From Eledone cirrhosa (Eukaryota): a stretch of 64,000 nucleotides of DNA. Below, piece after piece: positions 1 through 15,029 of the stretch. The stretch spans positions 26,350,001 through 26,414,000 of the forward strand of contig OZ024756.1 of assembly GCA_964016885.1 (NCBI GenBank). Reading direction: 5' to 3'. The notes under the pieces are model-generated. The model had not been told where the DNA came from and made no database searches. It saw only the letters and a program-made list of their open reading frames with translations. Position numbers and translations under genes: made by a program. The stretch's first letter is position 1. Every line of letters starts with the position of its first letter.

Positions 1-680
<680 letters not shown>

Positions 681-2129
681 GTGTTATAGGGAGAGATATG
701 GAAATGTATGCAAGAATTAATTGGTGTTCCAAAGAATAAGTTGGCCAGTAGTTTTGGGTCAAAATTGTTATTTCCTCAGTAAATATCATTAATAAGAGAG
801 GCGTAGGCGGTGACTTGGCAGAGTCATTAGGATATCGGATAGAATACTTTGTGGTATATGTTCCGGTTTTCTGTGCTACCTCAGTTCAAATTCCGCCATC
901 GTCTTTTTTATCTTTCATCCTTTCGATTTCGAGGACGATAAAAAAAAGGTATCAATCCACTACTGGCATCGATTCTTCCTCTATATCTTTTTTCTCACTT
1001 CCTCTCTATCATTCTTTCTCTGTCTCTGTCTCTCTTTCTCTCCCCCCCCCCCTCTCCCTCTCTCTCTCACTGGAAGAAATCGGCTGTGTCCAAATCCAGA
1101 GAAGTGATGAGCTCCGCCATATTTAAAATACCCCAAATACTCTATCATGAGTTAAGGATCCATACATACTTAATAATTGTTTCTACTTTTAGCACAAGGC
1201 CAGCAATTATTACCCAGTGCATTACTGGTACTTTATTTTATCGACCCCATGAAGGATGAAAGGCAAAGTTAACCTCGGCGGGATTTGAACTCAGACCACA
1301 AAGGGCCGTAAGTCATTGCTGCAAAGCATGGCGTCCGACCCTCTACCGATACTGCCAAAATAATAAATAGAAGGGACCTCCGCCAGTTTTGACTGTGAAT
1401 GATCCAGTTGTTTGATCAATTGAACTACCAACTCTTGAAAAGAGTGTGTCAGGGCCTTAGCATTCCACAGACACGTGTATCCTTAATGTAATTCTCGGGG
1501 AGATTCAGTGTGACACTGTGCGTGGCAAGGCTGATCCTTTAAAAATATAATTGTTTCTACTTTTGGCACAAGGCCATCAATTATCCCAGTGCTTTACTGG
1601 TACTTTATGTTATCGACCCCGTAAGGCAAAGTTAATCTCGGCGGGATTTGAACTCAGATCGTAAAGGGTCATAACTCTATACTGCAAAGCATGGCTCTAC
1701 CGATACTGCCAATCCACTACCCTCTAAAAATATAATGTCGTCCGTAAACACAAAGAAGCAAACATATACATATAGGTACACCAGGTCCGAATACTGAGGG
1801 GCCGAACTCCCACAGTCATGGCCGCCATCTCTCTCGCCCTCCCCATCTTTTACTATTATGAACAAATGGGGTCCCACGTCCTGGCCGCCCTACGGCCCCG
1901 GCAGATTTTAAAATACAGGAACAATCCATCTGACTGGCTGCCAAACAGTTTCCGTCTACCCAGTTTCAATTCATAAAGTATGGGTTCACTTTTTTACCCA
2001 TATTACCAAGCAATAGGATCGAACCCGGGACCTAATGATTGTGAAGCAAACACTTTAAACATTCGACCATGTTTCATCCATGTTCCTAGAAATAGCAGCC
2101 AAAAATTAGATCAAATGACACCCTACCGT

Positions 2130-2410
2130 TGGATACTAGCAGCTGTTGGAAAAACACATAACTTCGTAGTTAGGGTGTTTGGCTCATGGTCGTAAGATCG
2201 TGAGTTCGATTTTCGATGGCGCATTGTGTCCTTGGACAATACACTTTATTCTACATTGATTCATTTACATTGCTTCAGTCCACTCAACCGGAAAACATAA
2301 GTTATACCTGTAATTCAAAATCGCAAATTTTGTCACGCTGAATCATTTTGACAATTACGATAAAGGTACACGTGTCTGTGGAATGCTCATTAATTTCACA
2401 AGCAGGCTAT
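2130..2410 (+). mobile_element. Second SINE family (tRNA head, CORE-like gtgtccttgg..aa.acacttt); inverse fragments 1400-1540 and 29985-30300
   Basis: B-box gagttcgat; shared segment aaggtacacgtgtctgtggaatgctca among the copies. Confidence 0.55.
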
Positions 2411-2416
2411 CACCAA

Positions 2417-3855
2417 ACAGGTGATGGGTTTGATCTACCACCTAAGGACCAAGTGGTGGTGTTAAACTGGGTGACAGATTAAGTCTACCATCCAAGGGTC
2501 AAATGGTGGTGTTAAACTGGGTGATAGATTAAGTCTACCACCAAGGACCATGTGGTGGTGTTAAACTGGGTGATAGATTAAGTCTACCACCCAAGGACCA
2601 TGTGGTGGTGTTAAACTGGGTGACAGATTAAGTCTACCACCCAACGACCATGTGGTGGTGTTAAACTGGGTGACAGATTAAGTCTACCACCAAGGACCAT
2701 GTGGTGGTGTTAAACTGGGTGACAGATTAAGTCTACCACCAAGGACCATGTGGTGGTGTTAAACTGGGTGATAGATTAAGTCTACCACCCAAGGACCATG
2801 TGGTGGTGTTAAACTGGGTGACAGATTAAGTCTACCATCCAAGGACCATGTGGTGGTGTTAAACTGGGTGACAGATTAAGTCTACCACCCAAGGACCATG
2901 TGGTGGTGTTAAACTGGGTGACAGATTAAGTCTACCACCCAAGGACCATGTGGTGGTGTTAAACTGGGTGACAGATTAAGTCTACCATCCAAGGACCATG
3001 TGGTGGTGTTAAACTGGGTGACAGATTAAGTCTACCATCCAAGGACCATGTGGTGGTGTTAAACTGGGTGATAGATTAAGTCTACCATCCAAGGACCATG
3101 TGGTGGTGTTAAACTGGGTGACAGATTAAGTCTACCATCCAAGGACCATGTGGTGGTGTTAAACTGGGTGATAGATTAAGTCTACCATCCAAGGACCATG
3201 TGGTGGTGTTAAACTGGGTGACAGATTAAGTCTACCACCCAAGGACCATGTGGTGGTGTTAAACTGGGTGACAGATTAAGTCTACCATCCAAGGACCATG
3301 TGGTGGTGTTAAACTGGGTGACAGATTAAGTCTACCACCCAAGGACCATGTGGTGGTGTTAAACTGGGTGACAGATTAAGTCTACCACCCAAGGACCATG
3401 TGGTGGTGTTAAACTGGGTGACAGATTAAGTCTACCATCCAAGGACCATGTGGTGGTGTTAAACTGGGTGACAGATTAAGTCTACCATCCAAGGACCATG
3501 TGGTGGTGTTAAACTGGGTGATAGATTAAGTCTACCATCCAAGGACCATGTGGTGGTGTTAAACTGGGTGACAGATTAAGTCTACCATCCAAGGACCATG
3601 TGGTGGTGTTAAACTGGGTGATAGATTAAGTCTACCATCCAAGGACCATGTGGTGGTGTTAAACTGGGTGACAGATTAAGTCTACCACCCAAGGACCATG
3701 TGGTGGTGTTAAACTGGGTGACAGATTAAGTCTACCATCCAAGGACCATGTGGTGGTGTTAAACTGGGTGACAGATTAAGTCTACCACCCAAGGACCATG
3801 TGGTGGTGTTAAACTGGGTGACAGATTAAGTCTACCGCCCAAGGACCATGTGGTA
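2417..3855. repeat. 50-bp minisatellite, about 29 copies
   Basis: Unit aaggaccatgtggtggtgttaaactgggtga(c/t)agattaagtctacca(c/t)cc in head-to-tail tandem, without spacers. Confidence 0.97.
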
Positions 3856-3978
3856 GATATATAGATAAGTGTATATATTTATATACGTTGGTGCAGTCTC
3901 GGTTACACTCTCTGTATTTGACCAGATATAACTTTATCATACACTTCGGCTGCTAACGCACTTCTTACTATATATATA

Positions 3979-4035
<57 letters not shown>

Positions 4036-4041
4036 AATATA

Positions 4042-4195
<154 letters not shown>

Positions 4196-4211
4196 CATAT
4201 ATATACATATA

Positions 4212-4287
<76 letters not shown>

Positions 4288-4303
4288 CATACATATACAT
4301 ATA

Positions 4304-4985
<682 letters not shown>

Positions 4986-5046
4986 TGTATATACATATAA
5001 TGTATATATACATATAATGTGTATATATATATATGTATATATATAT

Positions 5047-5077
<31 letters not shown>

Positions 5078-5152
5078 TATGTATATATATATATATATAT
5101 ATATTTATGTATAAAGAAGAAATTAAAAGACAGTTAAAAGAGTTTCATATAC

Positions 5153-5217
5153 TTTATTATGCGCATTTCGAATACAAAATCATCCTGGGACAAAAATTGT
5201 GTTCTCATCAGATAAAA
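5153..5217 (-). ncRNA. Type I hammerhead ribozyme (family C, inverted arm)
   Basis: Reverse complement copy of 5301-5366 in the left arm of the fold-back 5111-5408. Confidence 0.75.
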
Positions 5218-5300
5218 TAAGGTAACATGATATGAGGTATAATAGCACTTGCTTACAGGAAAGGGCTAAGTGCTATTATGCCTCATACCATGTTACCTTA

Positions 5301-5366
5301 TTTTATCTGATGAGAACACAATTGTTGTCCCAGGATGATTTTGTATTCGAAATGCGCATAATAAAA
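5301..5366 (+). ncRNA. Type I hammerhead ribozyme (family C)
   Basis: ttttat CTGATGA gaacacaa...ttgtattc GAAA tgcgca TA ataaaa. Full core, 6-bp stem I, G-C closed stem II, palindromic stem III. Confidence 0.8.
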
Positions 5367-5495
5367 TATATGGAACTCTTTTAACCATCTTTTTAATTTC
5401 TTCTTTATCATATATACTCCAGTTCTACCAACTGTTGAGTGCTACTTATCTGATATATGCATTGTTTTATTGTTCTACAATATTACTCACCTTCT

Positions 5496-5589
<94 letters not shown>

Positions 5590-6363
5590 ATAGAGGTGTA
5601 ACACACGAGTTATGATATATTGGTAAAAGGAAAAGAAAATGCTGACAAATTGTTCCCAGTGAAAAATAGTTTAATTAGGAATAAGTAAAAATTAGTAATA
5701 GTATTGGTTAGTATTCAGGTTTGGTTTTAAGTTTTACCGGTTGCGCATTTCTAATGCTATTCGAAAAGCATTAGAAATGCGCAACCGGTAAAACTTAAAA
5801 CCAAACCTGAATACTAACCACTACTATTACTAATTTTTACTTATTCCTAATTAAACTATTTTTCACTGGGAACAATTTGTCAGCATTTTCTTTTCCTTTT
5901 ACATATATATATATATATATATAATTCAAGGAGACAACAAACAGAGGTACAAAACATGTTATTAGTTTAACGCTTTATACGGAAAAGAGGAAAGAAAGTG
6001 CGGCGTGTCGGGCTTCAGCCCTTCATCATGAGCTCAAAATTAGAGAGATGAACACAAAGTGCATGTGTATTTATATAGAGATGTGTGTGTACATGTGCAA
6101 ATATAAATGTCAGGTATGTAGTATAACTGGCTGAACACCGGGTGGGCTGTGATAAATATACTCGGTGGTGTTTAATTGCAGCGTATACGTTCCGAGTTCC
6201 AATCTCACTAAAATCGACTTAGGTTTTCATTTTTATTTTCCGGGTCTTTCGCTCTCTCTCTCTCTCTCTCTCTCTCCCTCTCTCACTCACTCACCGCACC
6301 CCCTCTCTATCTATCTATCTATCTATCTCCCTCTCTCTCTCATATATATATATATGTATATAT

Positions 6364-6417
<54 letters not shown>

Positions 6418-6921
6418 CGTTTCTGAATTTGTTTAACAAGATTCTTTATCTGAAAACGTGTGTTGAAACCGATATTGTTATACTTTGGGAGGGTCATGTT
6501 GCCAATAAGAAACACACGCACCAGTTGCTTTCACTTCAATTTATTATAATAAATTTATAAATTTAGGAATTTATATATTTCCGGTTGGTTGGTTCCACAA
6601 CCAGATAATTGTTTATATATTGTCAAAGTTCTTTCGTCACACATTCTGTGACCTCTTCAGTGACTGGGGATTCTTTTCTTTGTTTTTGTGCCTCTCCTTT
6701 GTTCTGTCCTACGCCATCTTGTTTTTCAAGATGGCGTAGGACAGAACAAGGAATGTGTGACGAAAGAACTTTGACAATATATAAACAATTATCTGGTTGT
6801 GGAACCAACCAACCAACCGGAAATTTATAAATTCCTAAATTTATAAATTTATTATAATAAATTGAAGTGAAAGTAACTGGTGCGTGTGTTTCTTATTGGC
6901 AACATGACCCTCCCAAAGTAT

Positions 6922-6950
<29 letters not shown>

Positions 6951-6953
<3 letters not shown>

Positions 6954-7159
6954 CGAAGGAAGTGTAGTAAGGAACCAGGTGGACCATAAGGCATCAGAGT
7001 ACTCAATACTTAGGGTAGTAGAGTGGGTAATAGAAAAATGTTCAAGACCCCGACGGCAGAGCTCAAGCCGTTTCAACGGCTATTTCTGGACGCTATTTCA
7101 GTCCAGAAATAACCGTCGAAACGGCTTGAGCTCTGCTGTCGGGGTCTTGAACATTTTTC

Positions 7160-7161
<2 letters not shown>
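6951..7161 (-). mobile_element. (TA)n-embedded repeat family B (probable Penelope pLTR 3' part) with fold-back; copies 8120-8300, 13517-13586, 14050-14207, 62487-62656
   Basis: Shared 'ccaggtggaccataacgcaccagagtactcaatacttagggtag...ccccgacggc.gagctc' sequence; hairpin followed by GAAAc on the sense strand. Confidence 0.6.
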
Positions 7162-7224
<63 letters not shown>

Positions 7225-7368
7225 CCATAACAGAAGTCTGACGAGCTTTTGAATCCAGAGTCGGGCCAGATCGATACAGACCGAGCCTTGAGCTCAATCG
7301 CGAAACACGCGTCACACCTCAATAAACGTAATGAAGATCTAACACTTGGTCCTTTTTATTATTATCAG

Positions 7369-7400
<32 letters not shown>

Positions 7401-7466
7401 TATAATTATATATATATATATATAATTATTATTATTATCAGTATATTATTATCAATATATATATAC

Positions 7467-8082
7467 TGGTGGTCAGGGTGGCCGTTGTCTTTTGTGTGGT
7501 TTTCGCCACGAGTAACCCTCGGGGGCTCCCCCCTCCTATTGGGTAATTTTTCATTGTTTCAATTTTCATTTTTATTGTTTATATATATGTTTCTATGTCT
7601 TTTTTTTCTTTTCTTATATAAATAATGATTTCTTTATTAACCACAAGGGTTTACATAAAGTAGACATTAAGGACAGTACAGGACAATAGAGGACGGTACA
7701 AATGGGCATTTCTGCGTGTAAAAAACAAAAACAGAGGATGTAACAAAAAAATAAGAATGAAAAGTTCCCCAATAGAGGGGAGACTTCGGAGGGACATTAA
7801 AGGCCACAGTGACCCTGACCACCAGGGCAAGTGCCCTCTCCCAGTTTTCCACCTTTAATTTACAGACACATACTCAGAGTAGGCCCATTCACTCGGGCCA
7901 TTCTTGCTTCTCTCACCCATCTTTCAACAAAATGCTGGGAAGAGATTTTCTTATATAAATAATAAAAATATTTACACGTACAAAACCCACATCGTACCGT
8001 CCTGTACCGTCCTGTGCCGTCTGTAATGTTTTTCTTGATGTCAGCCCTTGTGGCCAATAAAGAAATTATTATTATTATTATT
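7467..8082. mobile_element. Nested Tx1/L1 3' fragments with (ATT)n tails; related copies 9421-9780, 9912-9962, 9983-10165 (-)
   Basis: Insert 7627-7945 (-) encodes ERWVREARMARVNGPTLSMCL* and is flanked by an 18-bp TSD ttttcttatataaataat. Confidence 0.75.
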
Positions 8083-8084
8083 AT

Positions 8085-8120
<36 letters not shown>

Positions 8121-8297
8121 ACAAAGAAAGTGTGGTAAGAAACCAGGTGGACCATAACGCACCAGAGTACTCAATACTTAGGGTAGAAGAGTGGGTAATA
8201 GGAAAAGAGGTCAGGACCCCGACGGCTGAGCTCCGGCCGTTTCGACAGCTAGATCCGAACTGTTCGGATATAGCTGTCGGGGTCCTGACTCTTTTCC

Positions 8298-8328
<31 letters not shown>

Positions 8329-8360
8329 AGATCAAAAGATGGTTAAAGGAGTTCCATGTA

Positions 8361-8427
8361 TTTTATTATGCGCATTTCAAAAACAAACATCATCATGCAA
8401 TAATATTTGTGTTTTCATCAGATAAAA
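8361..8427 (-). ncRNA. Type I hammerhead ribozyme (family C)
   Basis: ttttat CTGATGA aaacacaaa...tttgttttt GAAA tgcgca TA ataaaa on the minus strand. Confidence 0.7.
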
Positions 8428-8482
8428 CAGGAGAACATGATATGAAGGCTAAAAAACACTTGTGGATAGTGCAGTTTTAAAT

Positions 8483-8685
<203 letters not shown>

Positions 8686-8831
8686 CACGTTATACGTTAT
8701 GTCCTTGAGCAAGACACTTTATTTCACGTTGCTCCTTCTACCTGGAGTTGCGACCGATAGATAGTATTAGTAATTGGAAAGACCAACGGAAACATTGTTC
8801 CCTCGGTCCGATTTGACGAAAGTCGATCGTT

Positions 8832-8904
<73 letters not shown>

Positions 8905-8927
8905 GTGTATATATATATTTATATATA

Positions 8928-9028
<101 letters not shown>

Positions 9029-9153
9029 GTGTATATATATATATATCAAGCGTGAACCTAATACTAACACCTTGTACTGCACTCTTCGTCATTGTTTTTG
9101 CTTTCTGTTTTAACTTATGTATATACATATATATATATACATATATATATATG

Positions 9154-9205
<52 letters not shown>

Positions 9206-9233
9206 CATATATATATATACATATATATATATG

Positions 9234-9297
<64 letters not shown>

Positions 9298-9567
9298 TAT
9301 ACATGTATATGCATATGATCTCTCTCTCTCACTCGCTATATGAATATATTTAGACATAATAAGTAAAGAAAAAGTACTCATTACTTAAGGTAGACTTGAT
9401 AATAATAATAATAATAATAATGATTTCTTTGTTGGCCACAGGGGCTGACATCAAGAAAAACATTACAGACGGCACAGGGCGGTACAGGACGGTACGATGT
9501 GGGTTTTGTACGTGTAAATATTTTTATTATTTATATAAGAAAAGAAAAAAAAGGACATAGAAACATA

Positions 9568-9620
<53 letters not shown>

Positions 9621-9778
9621 AAAAAAAAATGAAAATTGAAACAATGAAAAATTCCCCAATGGGGGGGGGGGGGCCTCCGAGGGTTACTCGTGGCGAAAAC
9701 CACACAAAAGACCACGGCCACCCTGACCACCAGGGCAAGCGCCCTCTCTCAATTTTTCCACTTCTCAAACTACAGACG

Positions 9779-9851
<73 letters not shown>

Positions 9852-10299
9852 TGTTTCTACTTTTGGCACAAGACCAGCAATTACCCAGTGTATTACTGGT
9901 ACTTTAATGATTTCATTTATTAGCCACAAGGACCGACATGTAGGGGACAATACAAAGACAGTAATAATAATAATAATAATAATGTTTTCTTTATTAACCA
10001 CAAGGGTTCACATAAAGTAGACATTAAGGACAGTACAGGACAATACAGGACGGTACAAATGGGCATTTCTGCGTGTAAAAAAAAACAGAGGTTGAAATGA
10101 AATAACAAAGAAAAATTCCCCAATAGGGGGGAGACTTCCAAGGGACATTTGTGGAGAAAGCCCATTAAAATAATAATAATAATAATACCACCACCACCAA
10201 CAACAACAACAACAGCGACAACAACAACTACAACAACACTAAAAGAAAGAAAGAAAGAATTAAAGAAAAAAGAATAAAGTTTAGTTCTGTAATACTTAC

Positions 10300-10354
10300 C
10301 ATGGCCATTTATGTGTAAGAACTCCCAAAGGCAACAACAACAACAAAAATCGTT
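10300..10354 (-). other. Candidate exon (5' UTR + ATG GCC ATG) of an unidentified downstream gene
   Basis: Strong acceptor ctcttcgttttacag and donor ATG|GTAAGT flank 55 nt of unique sequence; in-frame TAA immediately precedes ATG. No partner exon was found in the window. Confidence 0.35.
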
Positions 10355-10397
10355 CTGTAAAACGAAGAGCAATATATATGTGTGTGTATGTATGTGT

Positions 10398-10461
<64 letters not shown>

Positions 10462-11340
10462 GTGTATGTGTGTGTGCGTGTGTGTAATGAAAGCCTTCAC
10501 TGCCTCAGCAGCAACAATAAGTAAAAGTAGAAAGAACAGCAACAACAACAACAGCAACAGCAACTAAAATACTGACCAGCACACGTTATAAACACCTGCT
10601 CGCTTAATTAGTTATTAATGAACTAATTTTAATTAAACAACACACTCCATACGACGGACTTTCTGATTATTCCTTTTTCTTTGTTTTTTTTTTCTCGTTT
10701 AACGCAAATTGTTTGACTCGTCAGGGCTTCTTGTTAATGCTGTTGTTGTTGTTGTTAGTGGTGGTGGTGGTGGTGGTGGTAGTGTTGGAGTTGGTGGTGA
10801 TGGTGGTGATGCTGTAATTGCTATTGTTGTTGTTGTTGCTGTTGTTAGTGATGGTGGTGTTGGTGGTGGTGGTGTTGATGTTGTAGTTGTTGTTAATGGG
10901 GTGGTGATGGTGATGCTGGTGGTGGTGGTGGTGGCGATGTTGTATGGGGTGGGGGTGCTAATGTAGTTGTTGTTAGTGGTGGTGGTCGTGGTGGAGATGT
11001 TGTGGTGGTGGTGGTGGTGGTGGCGGTGTCGATATTGTAGTTGTTATTAGTGGTGTTGTAGAGGTTGTTGTTGTTGTTGTTTGTGTTGTAGTTGTTGTAA
11101 AAGAAACATTTCGCTATTTGTTTGTTATAGACATCTCTATCCGTGTATATATACACACACATATATATGTATGGATGTGTGTGTGTGTGTATGTGTTTAT
11201 GTGTATGTGTGTCGGATGTGTGTGCTAGATGTTCTGCTGTCGTTTAAAGAAACAGTTAATCCACTCTGCTGTGAGAAGCCACGCTCTTTTGAATTCTCTG
11301 CTGAAGTCCTTGCTTTTTGTTAACTGTTCTATACACAGCG

Positions 11341-11418
11341 CTCTCTCTCTCTCTCAGACACACACACACACACACACACTCTCTCACACACACACATACA
11401 CACATACACACACACACC

Positions 11419-11464
<46 letters not shown>

Positions 11465-11518
11465 AGCACACACACTCTCTCTCTTTCACACACACATACA
11501 CACATACACACACACACC

Positions 11519-11566
<48 letters not shown>

Positions 11567-11623
11567 AGCACACACACTCTCTCTCTCTCACACACACATA
11601 CACACATACACACACACACACCG

Positions 11624-11656
<33 letters not shown>

Positions 11657-11727
11657 CTCACACACACAAGCACACACACTCTCTCTCTCTCTCTCACACA
11701 CACATACACACATACACACACACACCG

Positions 11728-11762
<35 letters not shown>

Positions 11763-11827
11763 AGCACACACACTCTCTCTCTTTCACACACACATACACA
11801 CATACACACACACCGTCTCTCTCTCCC

Positions 11828-11892
<65 letters not shown>

Positions 11893-12074
11893 CTCTCTCT
11901 TTCACACACACATACACACATACACACACACACCGTCTCTCACTCTCTCTCACACACACATACACACATACACACACACACCGTCTCTCTCTCTCTCTCT
12001 CACACACACACAAGCACACATACACACACTCTCTCTCTCTCTCACACACACATACACACATACACACACACACC

Positions 12075-12108
<34 letters not shown>

Positions 12109-12282
12109 AGCACACATACACACACACACTCTCTCTCACACACACATACACACATACACAGACACACCCTCTCTCTCTCTCTCTCTCACACACACACAAG
12201 CACACACACACTCTCTCTCACACACATACACACATACACACACACACACCGTCTCTCTCTCTCTCTCCCTCTCTCTCTCTTT
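11341..12282. repeat. Compound (CT)n/(CA)n higher-order microsatellite
   Basis: Recurring ccgt(ct)n(ca)n-agcac...catac modules. Confidence 0.9.
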
Positions 12283-12451
12283 CCCTGGTTCTCTTATCGT
12301 CTCTCTTACCGTCTCTTCCTCTTACTCAATTTCCAGTCACCCCCCCCCCTTTCCCACCTACACACTACCTCCCACTCATTTATATTGGACCTTCCACACA
12401 AACACACATCCTATCTATCAGTCTCTCTATCTATCTATCTATCTATCTATC

Positions 12452-13416
12452 TATGGGCGACTGGCACATCGAATGTGCTCAGGCGCTCACAGCCCTCTGG
12501 CAGGCGGACCCGGCGATCAGTGGAGACTCCACTTCGTCATTCTATAGAGGGTTGGTCCGCAGCAAGTGCGACGACGCGCTCGGTGAAACTCTAGGCGTGG
12601 AGGAAGATGAACTGGCCAGTCTGTTCGGTAGGACCTTCCGCCCGGGACCGATGGACAACTTCCAAAAGTCCCTGGCCTGGCAGTGCTACCGAGGAGCTCT
12701 ACCAGTTCGAGACAAGCTCTACAGACATGGGCGCCCGGGAAGGGACCCTGCAAAAAAGATCTGTCCGAGGTGCGTGCGAGACGAAGAAACCGTCGCGCAC
12801 GCATTCATACACTGCCCGGGCGTCACTGACCTGTGGGGCTATGTAGAACGACTATTGTCGCGGGTGGGACCAATCCAGTTGACCACCGAGTCCATTGTCA
12901 TGATCAAACCGCCACCCTCCTTCAAAAACGAAGGAGAGGCGGTTTTCCTTTGTGTGATAGCTATGGCGAAAGAGGTTGTATGGTGGACAAGGTTGAAAGG
13001 GCTGAGGTCAGACACCTTTCTCTCCGGCCAACAACTGATTCTTTTTTTCAAATACCACTTTGGAAGAAGAATCAGGATGGAGAGAGAGGTGCTGTACCCC
13101 AGCAAGTTTTATGAAAGGTGGGTGAAAGTGGCGAGAATGGCCCGAGTGAATGGGCCTTCTCTCTATATCAGCCTGTAGGTTGAGGAAAAGGAGGAGGAGA
13201 GGAAAGGAGTACAAGCTCTTCGTACTCCTGGAGATGAGGGTTGCACATTTTTTTCGGGGGTCTGTGTTACCCATATAAACTGTCTCCCTCTATTGGGGAA
13301 AATCGACTAACTTTTAAATTCCATCTGTGATAACATTTTACACGTTTTTATTGTATGTAAACTTCCCCCTTTGTATTTGTCCCCTTCTTTTGTGCCCCTG
13401 TGGCTAATAAAGAAAT
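12452..13416 (+). mobile_element. 5'-truncated Tx1/L1-clade LINE 3' end (zf-RVT CCHC domain + 3' UTR) inserted in (TCTA)n
   Basis: WQCYRGALPVRDKLYRHG...CPRCVRDEETVAHAFIHC motif. The frame is open to TAG 13178, followed by a 3' UTR ending aataaagaaa and (TCTA)n on both sides. Confidence 0.85.
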
Positions 13417-13431
13417 ATATCTATCTATCTC

Positions 13432-13470
<39 letters not shown>

Positions 13471-13628
13471 CTATCTATATATATATCTATATATATATGT
13501 GTGTGTGTGTGTATATAACGAAGGAAGTGTGGTAATAGCCGTCCAAACGGCTTGAGTTCTGCCGTCGGGGTCCTGAACATTTTCCTATATATATATATAT
13601 GAGTGTGTGTGTGTATATATATGAGTGA

Positions 13629-13685
<57 letters not shown>

Positions 13686-13703
13686 CATATATGTATATGT
13701 ATA

Positions 13704-13816
<113 letters not shown>

Positions 13817-13994
13817 GTTATTCCGGGTTGAAACGGAGGTAACCACAGTAAGTAAGGTACTCAATACATAGCAGAGTATAAAAGTTTTAATATAGATGAG
13901 ATTCTACAGGACTAGAACTGTTTCATTCTTTAGAAATCATATGATTTCTAAAGAATGAAACAGTTCTAGTCCTGTAGAATCTCATCTATATTAA

Positions 13995-14032
<38 letters not shown>

Positions 14033-14968
14033 TACACCCACACACACACAACAAGAAAGTGTAGTAAGAAACCAGGTGGACCATAACGCACCAGAGTACT
14101 CAATACTTAGGTAGTAGAGTGGGTAATAGGAAGAGAGTCAGGACCCCGACGGCTGAGCTCCGGCCGTTTCGACAGCTAGATCCGAACGGCGGTCCTGAAT
14201 CTTTTCATATATATATATATCCGTATGTGGTTGGCGGCTGAGAGAAAAGAGTACTCAATACTGAAGTAGAGTTTTAATATTCATTTTGATAAGGCTTGAG
14301 TCTTGTTACTCTGGAGTTTCGCCCGTTTATCACGCGATAAACAAGCGAAACTCACCATTGAACCTTAATAAAATGAATATATATATATATACTAAGAATA
14401 ATTGTTTCTACTTTAGGCACAAGGCCAGCAATTACCCAGTGCATTACTGGTACTTTATTTTATCGACCCCGTAAGGATGAAAGGCAAAGTCAACCTCGGC
14501 GGGATTTGAACTCAGATCGTAAATATATATACTAAATATATATACTAAGAATAATGAGTTCTAAACTCAAGCAGTCCTTTACAATGAAATAGCTCAAAGA
14601 AAGAAGTATTTCTGAGCCGTTAAACAGTCTTTTTAAATATTTTGAAGTGAAGCATACCAATTGTTCAGGGTACTTACTGAGGAGAGCTGAGCGGGGTATT
14701 CTTTCACTTTTTCATCTCGAAACTTATTTGGATTTTGAAGTTTAAACTTATCTACGGAACAGGTTTGATTTTGAAATTTAAATTTGTCTAAGTACCACGG
14801 CTATTTGCCAATATCGTTTGTTTTTATTGATTTATTATTTTAAATCGAGACAGGCAAACTGTATTATTATAATTAGTATTTTTCAATCTAGCTAACTTAG
14901 TCTTTTACAATACAAACACTTATATGTTGGTATTTGTGTTTTATCATATATATTAATTTATATTAACT

Positions 14969-15026
<58 letters not shown>

Positions 15027-15029
<3 letters not shown>

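Noticed and set aside
1068-1150. Possible minus-strand exon ending CCA|GTGAG
   Set aside because: The segment belongs to a dispersed repeat family (relatives at 17575-17686 and 59178-59285) and has no good acceptor.
2417-3855. CRISPR-like array
   Set aside because: The units are contiguous and near-identical with no unique spacers; the context is eukaryotic and there are no cas genes.
5111-5408. Palindromes as sequencing or assembly chimeras
   Set aside because: The arms carry substitutions and indels relative to each other, and the inversions recur within specific repeat families at structured positions. An artefact is unlikely, though not excluded without reads.
11229-13178. 649-aa ORF as a host protein
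   Set aside because: The first ~410 codons are mostly CT/CA microsatellite, fused by chance in frame to a truncated Tx1 LINE ORF2 end.
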